Of a stretch of 64,000 nt of DNA, positions 53,818 to 64,000 are shown one piece after another. The notes under the pieces are model-generated. The model searched no databases, was not told the origin of the DNA, and saw only the letters and a program-made list of their open reading frames with translations. Positions within the stretch are counted from its first letter, which is position 1. Every line of letters starts with the position of its first letter. The stretch comes from Octopus vulgaris (lineage: Eukaryota), in assembly GCA_951406725.2 (NCBI GenBank), contig OX597814.1, forward strand, positions 95,170,001-95,234,000, in the 5' to 3' direction. Made by a program: the position numbers and the translations under genes.

Positions 53818-54453
53818 GAAAGGAAAGGAAAGGAAGGAGGGAAGGAAGGAAGGAAGGAAAACAGACAGACACTGAGTATTGTCCTTTTGTCATTTCTGCT
53901 TGCCCACAGCCCTAAGACTAAAAATATAAGGAAGCAGGAAGGGATGAACCCAACAGGAGTGGGGGGGGGACAGAATGCAATGATGGCAGATAAAAAAAAA
54001 ACTGGAATCAATGAAGGCAAAGAAAGCTGGGTTATTGTATGAACAGCAGAGGCTGTCAAAAGACAAAATATTAGATGAGAATATGTTATTATAAAAAAAA
54101 CCCTCAAGTCTAAATAGCTGGATGCCATAAACAGGGCTCTTCAAGTGGAGATAAGAAACCAGCAAGCAACTGATAGTATTTTAACAGACTTAGGCAGTTC
54201 TGTTAGGCAGGCCTGGAAGTCAGAAAATTGGGAGGGGCAAAGATTTGATAGATTAACTTGGAACAAAAGCTCAACTGGAGCATCTGCCAAGCATGCACAA
54301 GAGAATAGTTGCTTGACAATTTATGTGTGTGTCTGTGTATGTGACTGTGTTTGTGTGGTTAAGTGTGAATTGCATAGCATGAGTATGTATTTGTGCTTAT
54401 AAAAACTGCAGTGCAAATAAACAGAAAATACACTGTGTATATACGTGTGTATG

Positions 54454-54519
<66 letters not shown>

Positions 54520-55135
54520 TGCATGTGCACACATGCACACGTGTCTTGTGTACGAGTAGGTTTATGTTTGTTTATTTTATAAGTTACTTAGGGAAAAAGG
54601 TCATACTCATAAGTTTCGTAGGCCCTCCCAGCTTGGTTGGTGAGACTGATGCTGCTGATGCCCAGCTGAGACATATACAGGTCAATGCTTGTAGGTAAGA
54701 GTGGATGGAGAGGGAACTAGAGATCTGCTACAAATACTTGCAACAAACTGAAATTCCCCATAAAGGTGCCCAGGTGGTGTTAAAGTGGGTGGCATCAGTA
54801 TATATATATAGAGAGATTGTATTCAGTACATATACATATTTATTCTCACCCTATTCCCCAAACCCACACAATGTCATAGTGATGATTCTTTGAATGCCAC
54901 ATCCAAATGACACACTTACTTCTTCTTGTATATATACTCTTTCTTAATAGCCCCCTCATTTCTTTAGCTATTAAGTTTTACTTCATCAAAATCTCCATTT
55001 GCTATCCTGTTTATTTATAATTCAACATTTATGATGGAATGTCATAACTTACTTTCTATTTATTGTATTATACCCCAAGTAGTAAGCAAACCTCTCCATT
55101 TGCTCATTACTATTCTTTATGTTTTACACCACACC

Positions 55136-55171
<36 letters not shown>

Positions 55172-55221
55172 TATGCTCTTTCACAGAAAGAAACAAGGAG
55201 AGAAAATAATGAATGTGTAGT

Positions 55222-55305
<84 letters not shown>

Positions 55306-55352
55306 CCACTACACATTCTTTATTTTCTCTCCTTGTTTCTTACTACTGTGTT

Positions 55353-55390
55353 TCTTTCTTTGGAAGAGCATAGGCTCAAAATGTTAAAGA
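55353..55390 (+). ncRNA. Strongly decayed minimal hammerhead motif
   Basis: TCTTT-CTTTGGA-A-GAGC(ATAG)GCTC-AAAAT-GTT|AAAGA. Stems I and II are perfect but the core is degenerate. An inverted truncated copy lies at about 55170-55225. Confidence 0.45.
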
Positions 55391-55589
55391 CTTTTACACT
55401 TCCCGAGCATTATACTAATACATCTGTTTATTGTCTACACCACCCGTCTTTGCCTTTTGTTTTTTTGTGAATTCTCCCTATATATATATATACATACATA
55501 CATACATACATACATTATTAATTTTTGTATAGCAATGTTCAATGTTGTAACTCCATGCAGGAAAGAAGACAGCACTGGTATGGACACAT

Positions 55590-56700
55590 TTGATGGATAT
55601 GTGCCCTCGTAAGACTTTACTTAGCCAAAGAGATATATAGATCATTAACAGTTATACGAGTTTTTAAAAGTTAGGTTTCATGTATACACATGTATTGATA
55701 GCATAAATTTTGGTCTTTAATAACTATATTTGTTGATAGTTATTTTAAATATTTTATAATTGTTATTATAACTTATATATTTCTTTTTTCAATTGATAAT
55801 TGGTAGTAGTATTTTTTCCATTGATAAATATATTAGTAGTATTTATTGGATACTATATAACTACAGATTGATTATTTCATTAAGTATTTTATTATTTCAT
55901 TTTAGTTCTTAACTATACAGTTTTTGTAAGTTATTAATTAGCCAATGAGATATATGGTTTGTTAAATAGTTATAGAGTTCTTTTAAGATAGTTTGTTTGT
56001 TTGTTTACAATTAGCTTTTTCATCTTTAATCTTTTAATATATTTATAAGTAATAATGAATAATTAATTTATTAGGTCTTTATTATACGTGCATATATATT
56101 TATTGATAGAGATAATTTTAGATCTTAATTCTTATTTTTATATTTATATATATTCATTGACAATTTAGTTATTATTCAAATATTATATAATTATTTGACT
56201 TGAAATTAAATTTAATAATATGAATAGTGATTTTTTTGTTTGTTAAATATTTAGGTAATTAGATTTTGACTATAACTGAGATTAGATTATTTGTGGGTTT
56301 ATTATGTTTTTTTTAAAGACATGTTATATCTGAATAGATAAATACATTTTCTATCTATTCTTACTTTAAAAATTAATACTTAAAAATTAATATTTAATAT
56401 AATAATCGATTGTATGACATAATCTTAATCATTAAAGTTTCTAGTTTGATAATAGTTTTTTATAAGAAAAATTATTATTTTATTTATTTATTAATAAAAT
56501 ATTGTTTAAATATATTTGATTATTTATTTAAATATTATCATTTAAATATTACCTGAAGATTGATTATAACCATAATTCGAATTATTAATTGAATTTAAAT
56601 TATTGTTATTCGAATTAGGTTATGGGCATGAAACGATCGTAGTGGTTTTACTTTTTATCTTATATTAAACTTTTTAATACGTTTTGATAGTTATATATAT
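55590..56700 (+). mobile_element. Very AT-rich Penelope-like 3' remnant ending in the 56548 hammerhead
   Basis: Extreme AT content, no ORF, terminal hammerhead followed by an AT tail. Boundaries are approximate. Confidence 0.45.
56548..56646 (+). ncRNA. Type I hammerhead motif with very long stem II
   Basis: ATTAC-CTGAAGA-[about 70-nt hairpin, ATAACC/GGTTAT and TAATTCGAAT/ATTCGAATTA]-GAAAC-GATC-GTA|GTGGT. Palindromic ACGATCGT helix III. Confidence 0.75.
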
Positions 56701-57166
56701 TTAAAAAAAAAAAAATGAATAAATATATAATTAAAAAAGTAAAAAATAAAAATAAAAATAATAATAAAAATAAAAATAATAAAATATATACATATATATA
56801 AATTTATAAGTATAAATTAATAATTCAAAAAAATTTTTAATTTTAACTTTAAATTTAAATAATTTAAATTTTGAATTTTATATATTTTATATATTTTGTA
56901 TATTATATTAATTAATTTTATTTCTATGTTTTGGTTTATGTTTTTCACTGTTTGATTTGCCTAATAGTGGTTTTATCTCTAATTTAATATATATATATTT
57001 ATACTGTAAAATTAGATTTAATCCTAAATCTAATTTTATTCCTGTAAGTTTGGATTTACTCCCTAATATTATTATTATATATATATATAGAATAGAAAAT
57101 ACTGAGTACAGAATAAAGAATACAAAATACACCCACACCCATAGGAACTTATGTTATTCCAGACCT

Positions 57167-57530
57167 TCATTATCATCATCATCATCATTTAACATCTGCT
57201 TTCTATGCTAGCATGGGTTGGATGGTTTGACTGAGGACTGGCAAGTCAGGAGACTGCACCAGGCTCTAATCTGATCTGGCAAGGTTTCTACAGCTTTGAG
57301 AATGTAGTGGGGGATTTTTATATTCCACGAGCATGGGGGCCAGTCAGGCAGCACTGGCAACAACCACACTCGAATGGTGCTTTTTACATTTCACCAGCAT
57401 GGGAGCCAGTCAGGCAGCGCTGGCAATGACCATGCTTGAATGATGGTTTTTATGTGCCACCAGCACAGGACTAGTCAGGCGTGCCACCAGCACAGGACCA
57501 GTCAGGCAACCACAGGCATGGGACCAGGGG
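57167..57530 (-). mobile_element. RTE-type 3' tail with diverged array units
   Basis: (CAT)n, CTATGCTAGCATGGGTTGGATGG, then repeated CCAGCATGGGAGCCAGTCAGGCAGC / GAATGGTGCTTTTTAC units. Confidence 0.8.
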
Positions 57531-57901
57531 TTTTTATTATATATAATTATGATTATGACATAAGCCATGGTACTCTCGAAACAGCTGTCAAGACAGGACT
57601 TTTACATAGCTCTTTTTGTTTATTTTGTATTCTTTATTCCATTCTTTATTCTGTACTCCAAATTTTTTATTCAAAGTAAATATATGCTTTAAACCTACTT
57701 GTGTTCATCTTCTTTTCTACTTATATATACATATAAGCTATAAAATGCGAAAAAATTGAGAAGTTGAAAAAAATAATCCCTGCACAAGAAAGAAATATTT
57801 AAAAATGAAAATGAAACAAAAATTCAAAAAACCTAAAACACCTAAAAATATCTATAAAAAAAAACAGAATGCAAAATGCTTGATATTTCATTGAAACCTA
57901 C

Positions 57902-58083
57902 CTTCATAAGGGTGCACACCAAATTCTTCAGGAAATGTTACAGAGCAATCGGAGTTGACTTGAAATGAAAACGAAGCAACAGTTTTGATGAGCGAGGAAA
58001 AGAAGTCAGCCATTTCAGGACAGTTGTTGAAAAGAATGTAACGATCTTGACGGTTAGTAAAATATGTTTCACTAAGGTTGGCA
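57902..58083 (-). CDS. PGS1: PGS1 internal coding exon (182 nt, phase 2 start, phase 1 end)
   Basis: Manual translation: ANLSETYFTNRQDRYILFNNCPEMADFFSSLIKTVASFSFQVNSDCSVTFPEEFGVHPYE, matching the PGS1 motif GANLS..YFTNRQDRY. Acceptor is poly-T + GTAG, donor GTAGGT. Not in the ORF track. Confidence 0.93.
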
Positions 58084-58308
58084 CTACAAAAAAAAAATAG
58101 TCAAAGAAGAAAAAACAAAGTTTTAATGAGAAATTTTTTTAAGGCCATTAAGACAATTTTGAAGTCAATGATCAAAATGTTGACAACACAAATAATTCCC
58201 AAACTGTTAATTTCATTTATCATACATTTAACACAAGACCTGTGTTCTACAGATATATAAAGAAGATTGGGGAAGACATGGAGAAAAGGGCTGAAAGCTG
58301 AAGCTTGA

Positions 58309-58497
58309 GAAGAAGAAGAAGAAGAAGAAGAAGAAGAAGAAGAAGAAGAAGAAGAAGAAGAAGAAGAAGAAGAAGAAGAAGAAGAAGAAGAAGAAGAAGA
58401 AGAAGAAGAAGAAGAAGAAGAAGAAGAAGAAGAAGAAGAAGAAGAAGAAGAAGAAGAAGAAGAAGAAGAAGAAGAAGAAGAAGAAGAAGAAGAAGAA
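58309..58497 (+). repeat. (GAA)63 pure tract
   Basis: Uninterrupted GAA triplets, about 225 nt upstream (transcript sense) of the 58083 acceptor. Confidence 0.97.
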
Positions 58498-58519
58498 GAC
58501 AAAAGACAACAAGTGATAT

Positions 58520-58686
58520 TATCATTTCTGCTGAGTTCAACTTTGCTTTACGTCCTTACAAGGTTGTTAAAATAAAGTACTAATTAAGTACTGGGGTTGA
58601 TGGTATCAACTAATTCTTTCTAAAAACTGTTGGCTATTTGCCCAAATCAGCCATTATTATTATTATTATTATTATTATTATCATCA

Positions 58687-58717
<31 letters not shown>

Positions 58718-58961
58718 CATTATTATTATTATTATTATTATTATTAAGGTGGTGAGCTGGCAGAATTGTTAATACACCAGACAAAATGCTTAGCAGTATT
58801 TCACCCATCGCTACATTCTGAGTTCAAATTCCGCCAGGGTTGACTTTGCCTTTCATCCTTTTGGGGCCAATTAAATAAGTACCAGTGAAACACCACTGGG
58901 GTCAATGTGATCAACTAGTCCCTTCCCCCAAATTTCAGGCCTTGTGCGTATTGTAGAAAAG

Positions 58962-59005
<44 letters not shown>

Positions 59006-60262
59006 AATGACATATTTCCTCTGAGCTTAGATAGAAAACAGAACCTCATAATCATCATCATCATCATCATTTTTTAATGTCTGCCTTCCATGCTTGCATA
59101 GTGTGGGCAGTTTGATAGAATCTAACAAGTCTGAAGGTGGCGCTGTGTCCTAATATCTGCTTTGGCTTTCTACAGCTGGACTTCTACAGCTGGATGCCTG
59201 GCCTAACATTGACCACTTTTTTGGCTGCTCTTTTATGGCATCAGCACTAATGAATACAGAGTGGGGCTATGGTACAGAGGGAGGCAGCTTTATGCTAGGT
59301 AATGAAAGTTAGAGTATGAGGGATGGAGTTTCTTGCTGTGGAGGAGATGTGTGGCTGTTCACAGTATACAACAATGAATAGGAGTAATTATTGTGGAAAA
59401 AGACAATTGTTTTAACATTCATTCAATATGTTATAAATGTTCTTATACTAGGACAGTGTCCTATTAGTTAAGAAGAGGACTCAAAAAGATGATGAGAGCC
59501 TAGACTAGTCAAAGTATACCCTAAAGCACAAACGATGAAATCAATAGCCCTAAATAGTCCTAATACTTCCAATTATCTCACAAAATTAAACATTTAGGGT
59601 ATATCTTTACACAGTCTATCCAATCTATTTTAAAATCCCAGCCAACTGAATTTATTCCATTATAACCAACATTTTTGAAAACTTATTCTAAGATAACTAT
59701 GTCTGTAGATTTCAAACTTGGAACTTAAAATTTTCATGAGTTGGTCTAGTAAAGACGAAACTAACTTTACTTCAAATAAACCAAATAGCAGAAGAGAAGG
59801 GTAAGTTGAGAGGTTCAGTGGATGTGAAGTTGAGATGTTAGATTACTCAAGACCACCATAGTATAGTTCTTACATGCCTCTTGAGAACCTGCCAGTGGAT
59901 AGCCTAAGTAAGCTTTATTTCATGTTCAAACAGTTAGCCAAGGAAAGGGGCATCATGTGGTATAAACAACCGTCAAAATTTTTAAAACTCATCATTCCAT
60001 GTCATTTATCTTTTCCTTGTTACAGTGACTGGACTGAGGCCATATTGGGGTACTGCCTTGAAGAGTTTAGCTGAACAAATTGACCCTAGTACTTACTTTT
60101 AAGCTTATTCTACTATGCTCTTTTGCCAAACCGCTAAGTTAAAGAGAATAATAGACAAAACAACACTACTTGTCAAGCAATGGTGGTGGGATAAATACAG
60201 ACACAAACACATATATGACAGGCTTCCACACAGTTTCTGCATACCAAATCCACTCAGAATTA

Positions 60263-60305
<43 letters not shown>

Positions 60306-60709
60306 GGCAGCAAGCTTTTTAGAGCACCAGACAAAATGCTTCGCAACATTTTTTCTGACTTTATATCTTTCTTTACTGTCCACAGGGAGTTAAACATAGC
60401 AGGAACAAACAAAGGGATTAAGTTGATCCCAGTGCATGACTGGTACTTATTTAATCAACCCCAAAAGGATGAAAGGAAAAGTCGACCTCGGTGGAATTTG
60501 AACTCAGAACATAATGGCAGATGAAATACTGCTAAGCATTTTGCCCGGCATGCTAACGATTCTGAGTTTAAATGCCACCAGGGCTGACTTCGCCTTTCAC
60601 CCTTTCATGGTTGATAAAATAAGTATCAGCTGAATACTGGTGTTGATGTAATCAACTTACCTCCTCCCCCAACCCCAAATTTTCTGGCCTTGTGCCTATA
60701 GTAGAAAGG

Positions 60710-60744
<35 letters not shown>

Positions 60745-61597
60745 GGCAGTGAGCTGGTAAAATCATTAGCACACTGGGCAAAATGCTTATCAATATTTCA
60801 CCTGTAGCTGCATTTTGAGTTCAAATTCAGCCAAGGTCAACTTTGCCTTCATCCTTTCAGGGTCAATTACATAAGTACCAGTTATGCACTGGGGTCAATG
60901 TAATTGACTTAATCCTTTCCCCCAAATTTCAGGCCATAGCAAAACGGGTCACTATTATTATTATGTTCTGAGTTCATTTCTTGCTTGAATCAATTTTGCC
61001 TGTCATTCCCCCAAGGTCGATAAAATAAAGTATAATTCAAAGACGGGATGGTAGTATTAATTAATTCCCTCCCCAACAAAACTGCTGGCCTTGTGCCTAA
61101 ATCTGAAGCCATTATTATTGTTGTTGTTGTTGTGGTGGTTATTGCTGTTTTTGTTTTCAAATCAGCAGGTCTGCTTATATCCGCTACAAGAACAAGTATT
61201 TAGCTTCCCAATAATTACCAAAACTTATGTAAGATTTGTTTTTAAACAAAAATTCCCCTGCCCTTTTCATACAGTAACAATAATAAGGAGAAATTAAAAT
61301 GAAAAACCAAAGCAAAAAAATTAAAAAAATTATATAAATTAAAAGAATAAATGAAGTTTTCCATGGAAAACTACTTCTATCTCCCCCAATTAGCAAAACC
61401 AACTGACTTTTATATATAGTTACTCTTCCCTAAATACATACCCCACCCAAAACAACACACACACACAAACTTAAATCCGTAAAGCCATGAGTATATAAAA
61501 TAGATAGATTTAACAGCTGTAAATATTTGCCTTCCTGGAAGAATTTGTTATGCATATCATTCACTTCCTTCCTTAATAGCTTTGTCTTTACATGTTC

Positions 61598-61655
<58 letters not shown>

Positions 61656-62496
61656 ATCTATCTATCTATCTATCTAGCAATCTATCCCTCTATCTACCTA
61701 CCTATCTCTCTATCTATCTCTATCCTCACTCTCTCTCACTCTTAGCTAATATTACAGACGTTACTTAAATTATAAAGTTAACAGGAACAAACACAAACAA
61801 AGCAGAAGAAAAACAACAGTAACAACAATGAGAACAGCAGTTAGCAGAATCCAAAAGAAAAAGAAAAAGAAACTGGAGGCATCCTTAAGAATAAGGTTGA
61901 GGGAGTTTACCTGATGATTTAGCTAAGTAATTTTGCTATTCAAAGAAGCTGTTCACTTGATCAGGGCTTTTATGCTTTACATGAAAAGATTATGTACAGA
62001 AATAGGTCTGGAAGAAATAATAATAGTAATTCTTACTAATTTTGGCACAAGGCCAGCAGTTTTGAGGAGAGCGGGTATGTCGATTACCCTAACCCTTGCC
62101 CCCTGCTCCAGCATTTGGAGTGGTACTTTACTTTATCAACCCTGATAGGATGAAAGGTAAAAGCGGCCTCAGTGAGATTTAAACTCAGAACATAAGCAGT
62201 TGAAAGATATGGTGCTTAGCATTTTGTTTTAACATACTAACAATTCTGCTAGCTCACAACAACAACAACAATAATAATAATCCTTTCTACTACAGGCACA
62301 AGGCCTGAAATTTGGTGGGAGGGGGACTAGTCGACTACATCGACCTCAGTGTTTCACTGGTACTTATTTTATTGACCCTGAAAGGATGAAAGGCAAAGTC
62401 AAACTCAGCAGAATTTGAACCCAAAACAAAGCAGCAGATGAAATACTGCTAAGCACTTTGCCCAGAGTGCTAACGATTCTGCCAGCTCACTACCTT
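58520..62496. mobile_element. Cluster of at least 7 family D SINEs in both orientations, with (ATT)n
   Basis: Copies at about 58745-58960(+), 60418-60564(-), 60560-60710(+), 60743-60950(+), 60965-61110(+), 62030-62260(-), 62275-62496(-). Confidence 0.8.
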
Positions 62497-62512
62497 AATA
62501 ATAATAATAATA

Positions 62513-62543
<31 letters not shown>

Positions 62544-62775
62544 CGATGACGATGACGATGATGATGATGATGATGATGATGCAGTACCAGGCAGTGGTTC
62601 TTTGTGGATTCTGATCTTAAACTGATTGGAAGTGTTATCATGTACATTGTTTTGACATGGTATAAAAGATGGGCTACAGCAAATATTCTGCTTGATACCA
62701 CAGATTTGCTTGTCAGTTGTTTGATCTTAACCAGTTGAGCATGTCCCTTAGTGGCTGACGATATGTGCATCTCTG

Positions 62776-63387
62776 ATTATATAATTAGGGCTTAGTAAAA
62801 TAAATTACTTTGCCACATACTGAACTTTCTAGAAATAGCAGCCAAAAAAGTTTTTTAGCCATTTCCACTACTTAAAATATAATGTTTGCTAGATAACCCA
62901 CGTGGGTGGAAGGGGAGAGTAGGAAATCTTCGCTTGCACATTTTGAATTTGTTGGTACTGGCAGTCTGAACGGGTCATCTGAGGTGATAAGTCGCCAAAG
63001 GGTATGTTCTTTCTTTTTAGTGCTTCCAAATCCAAAATAAGAAATGTTGAGCTGACGAAAGAAATGCTGAGTTTATTTGGCTAATCTAGAAACGTTAACG
63101 TTCTCAAATAATCTTTGTACTTGTGATATTTTTCTGTTTTTACCTCCATACCTTCGTGAGTTATTTTGAGTAAACATTATCTGAGAGAAATTTTCTTTAA
63201 GTAGTGGAAATGGCTAAAAAACTTTTTTGGCTGCTATTTCTAGAAAGTTCAGTATGTGGCAAAGTAATTTATTTTACTAAGCCCTAATTATATAATGTAA
63301 TATTTTGAATTCGCCTTAAATGGTCCTTTTACATACTGAATACTTGGTGAAATTGATTAATAACTAATTAATTTTACCCTCAATTGT

Positions 63388-63420
<33 letters not shown>
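62776..63420 (+). mobile_element. Young Penelope-like remnant with perfect 101-bp inverted repeat and (TA)n end
   Basis: 62776-62876 is the exact reverse complement of 63196-63296. The hammerhead lies in the spacer, and the sequence continues past the right arm to (TA)n. Confidence 0.72.
63047..63107 (+). ncRNA. Type I hammerhead motif, intact core
   Basis: TTGAG-CTGACGA-A-AGA..GCTGAG(TTTA)TTTGGC..TCT-A-GAAAC-GTTAAC-GTT|CTCAA. Perfect 5-bp stem I, palindromic AACGTTAACGTT, GUU site. Confidence 0.8.
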
Positions 63421-63425
<5 letters not shown>

Positions 63426-64000
63426 CAAATTATTAACAAGACCACTCAAAGAGCACAAACCTCCCCAAAGCAACACCAATGTCCTCTCAACGAATAGCCA
63501 GAGATGATTTTTAAAATGAAAATATCTGAAATGAACATGAATGCTCTCACAAATGAGTATACTAAAAATGAACCCGACTGCTCTCAAATGGAAGAATAAT
63601 CCAAATACATACATATTGAGTGAGAGGTGAAGAGAGAGGAGATGAAATATTAATACAGTGATGGAGAAGTAGTGAGAGTAATAGCCATGGCTGAAAGGAG
63701 GTGAGAGAAAGTAATGGCAATGAGAAAGATGAAATGAAGTGGCAAAGAGAGTGTTGTGTGAACAAGAAAGGAAGGGGTGATAGATGAATAACAAAGGAAG
63801 GAATGAAAAAGTCAATAAATGGCATTTGAAGTGTGAATATATGTGTGTGTAAAAGAGAGGTATATTTGCATGCATGCATGTGCGTGCACACGTGTGTGTG
63901 TGTATGTGTGTATATGTGCGTGTACAATGGAAATGAGATGGTAATGTTCAACGCTGAAAATGTGTGAGTATATGTATGTATGTGTGTGCATGTACAAAAG

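Noticed and set aside
55590-57160. Mitochondrial insertion (NUMT) or control region
   Set aside because: No recognisable mitochondrial protein, rRNA or tRNA sequence. The terminal hammerhead points to a Penelope-like origin.
58084-64000. Upstream PGS1 exon with the first HKD motif
   Set aside because: No H.K....D..SG-like exon ending in phase 2 was found. The donor-like site near 61910 has the wrong content.

Overview
AT-rich, microsatellite-dense animal genomic DNA. The SINE and RTE-LINE landscape looks like an octopod cephalopod (inference, no database check). The only host gene found is on the minus strand: four internal coding exons of PGS1 (mitochondrial phosphatidylglycerophosphate synthase, PLD superfamily) at 58083-57902, 27710-27334, 18077-17852 and 2878-2796. 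They have phase-compatible GT-AG junctions and introns of about 30.2, 9.3 and 15.0 kb. The first and last exons were not found. The introns hold a decayed full-length Chapaev3-type DNA transposon, a non-autonomous Helitron, RTE LINE fragments (one with a 12-unit hairpin array in its 3' UTR), piggyBac/hAT/Tc1-type MITEs and many tRNA-derived SINEs. The most notable hidden feature is nine type I hammerhead ribozyme motifs plus two half-motifs, in Penelope-like/retrozyme-like repeats. They include a tandem pair 334 nt apart on the PGS1 sense strand and a near-intact copy inside a perfect 101-bp inverted repeat. Most listed ORFs are microsatellite or repeat artefacts.
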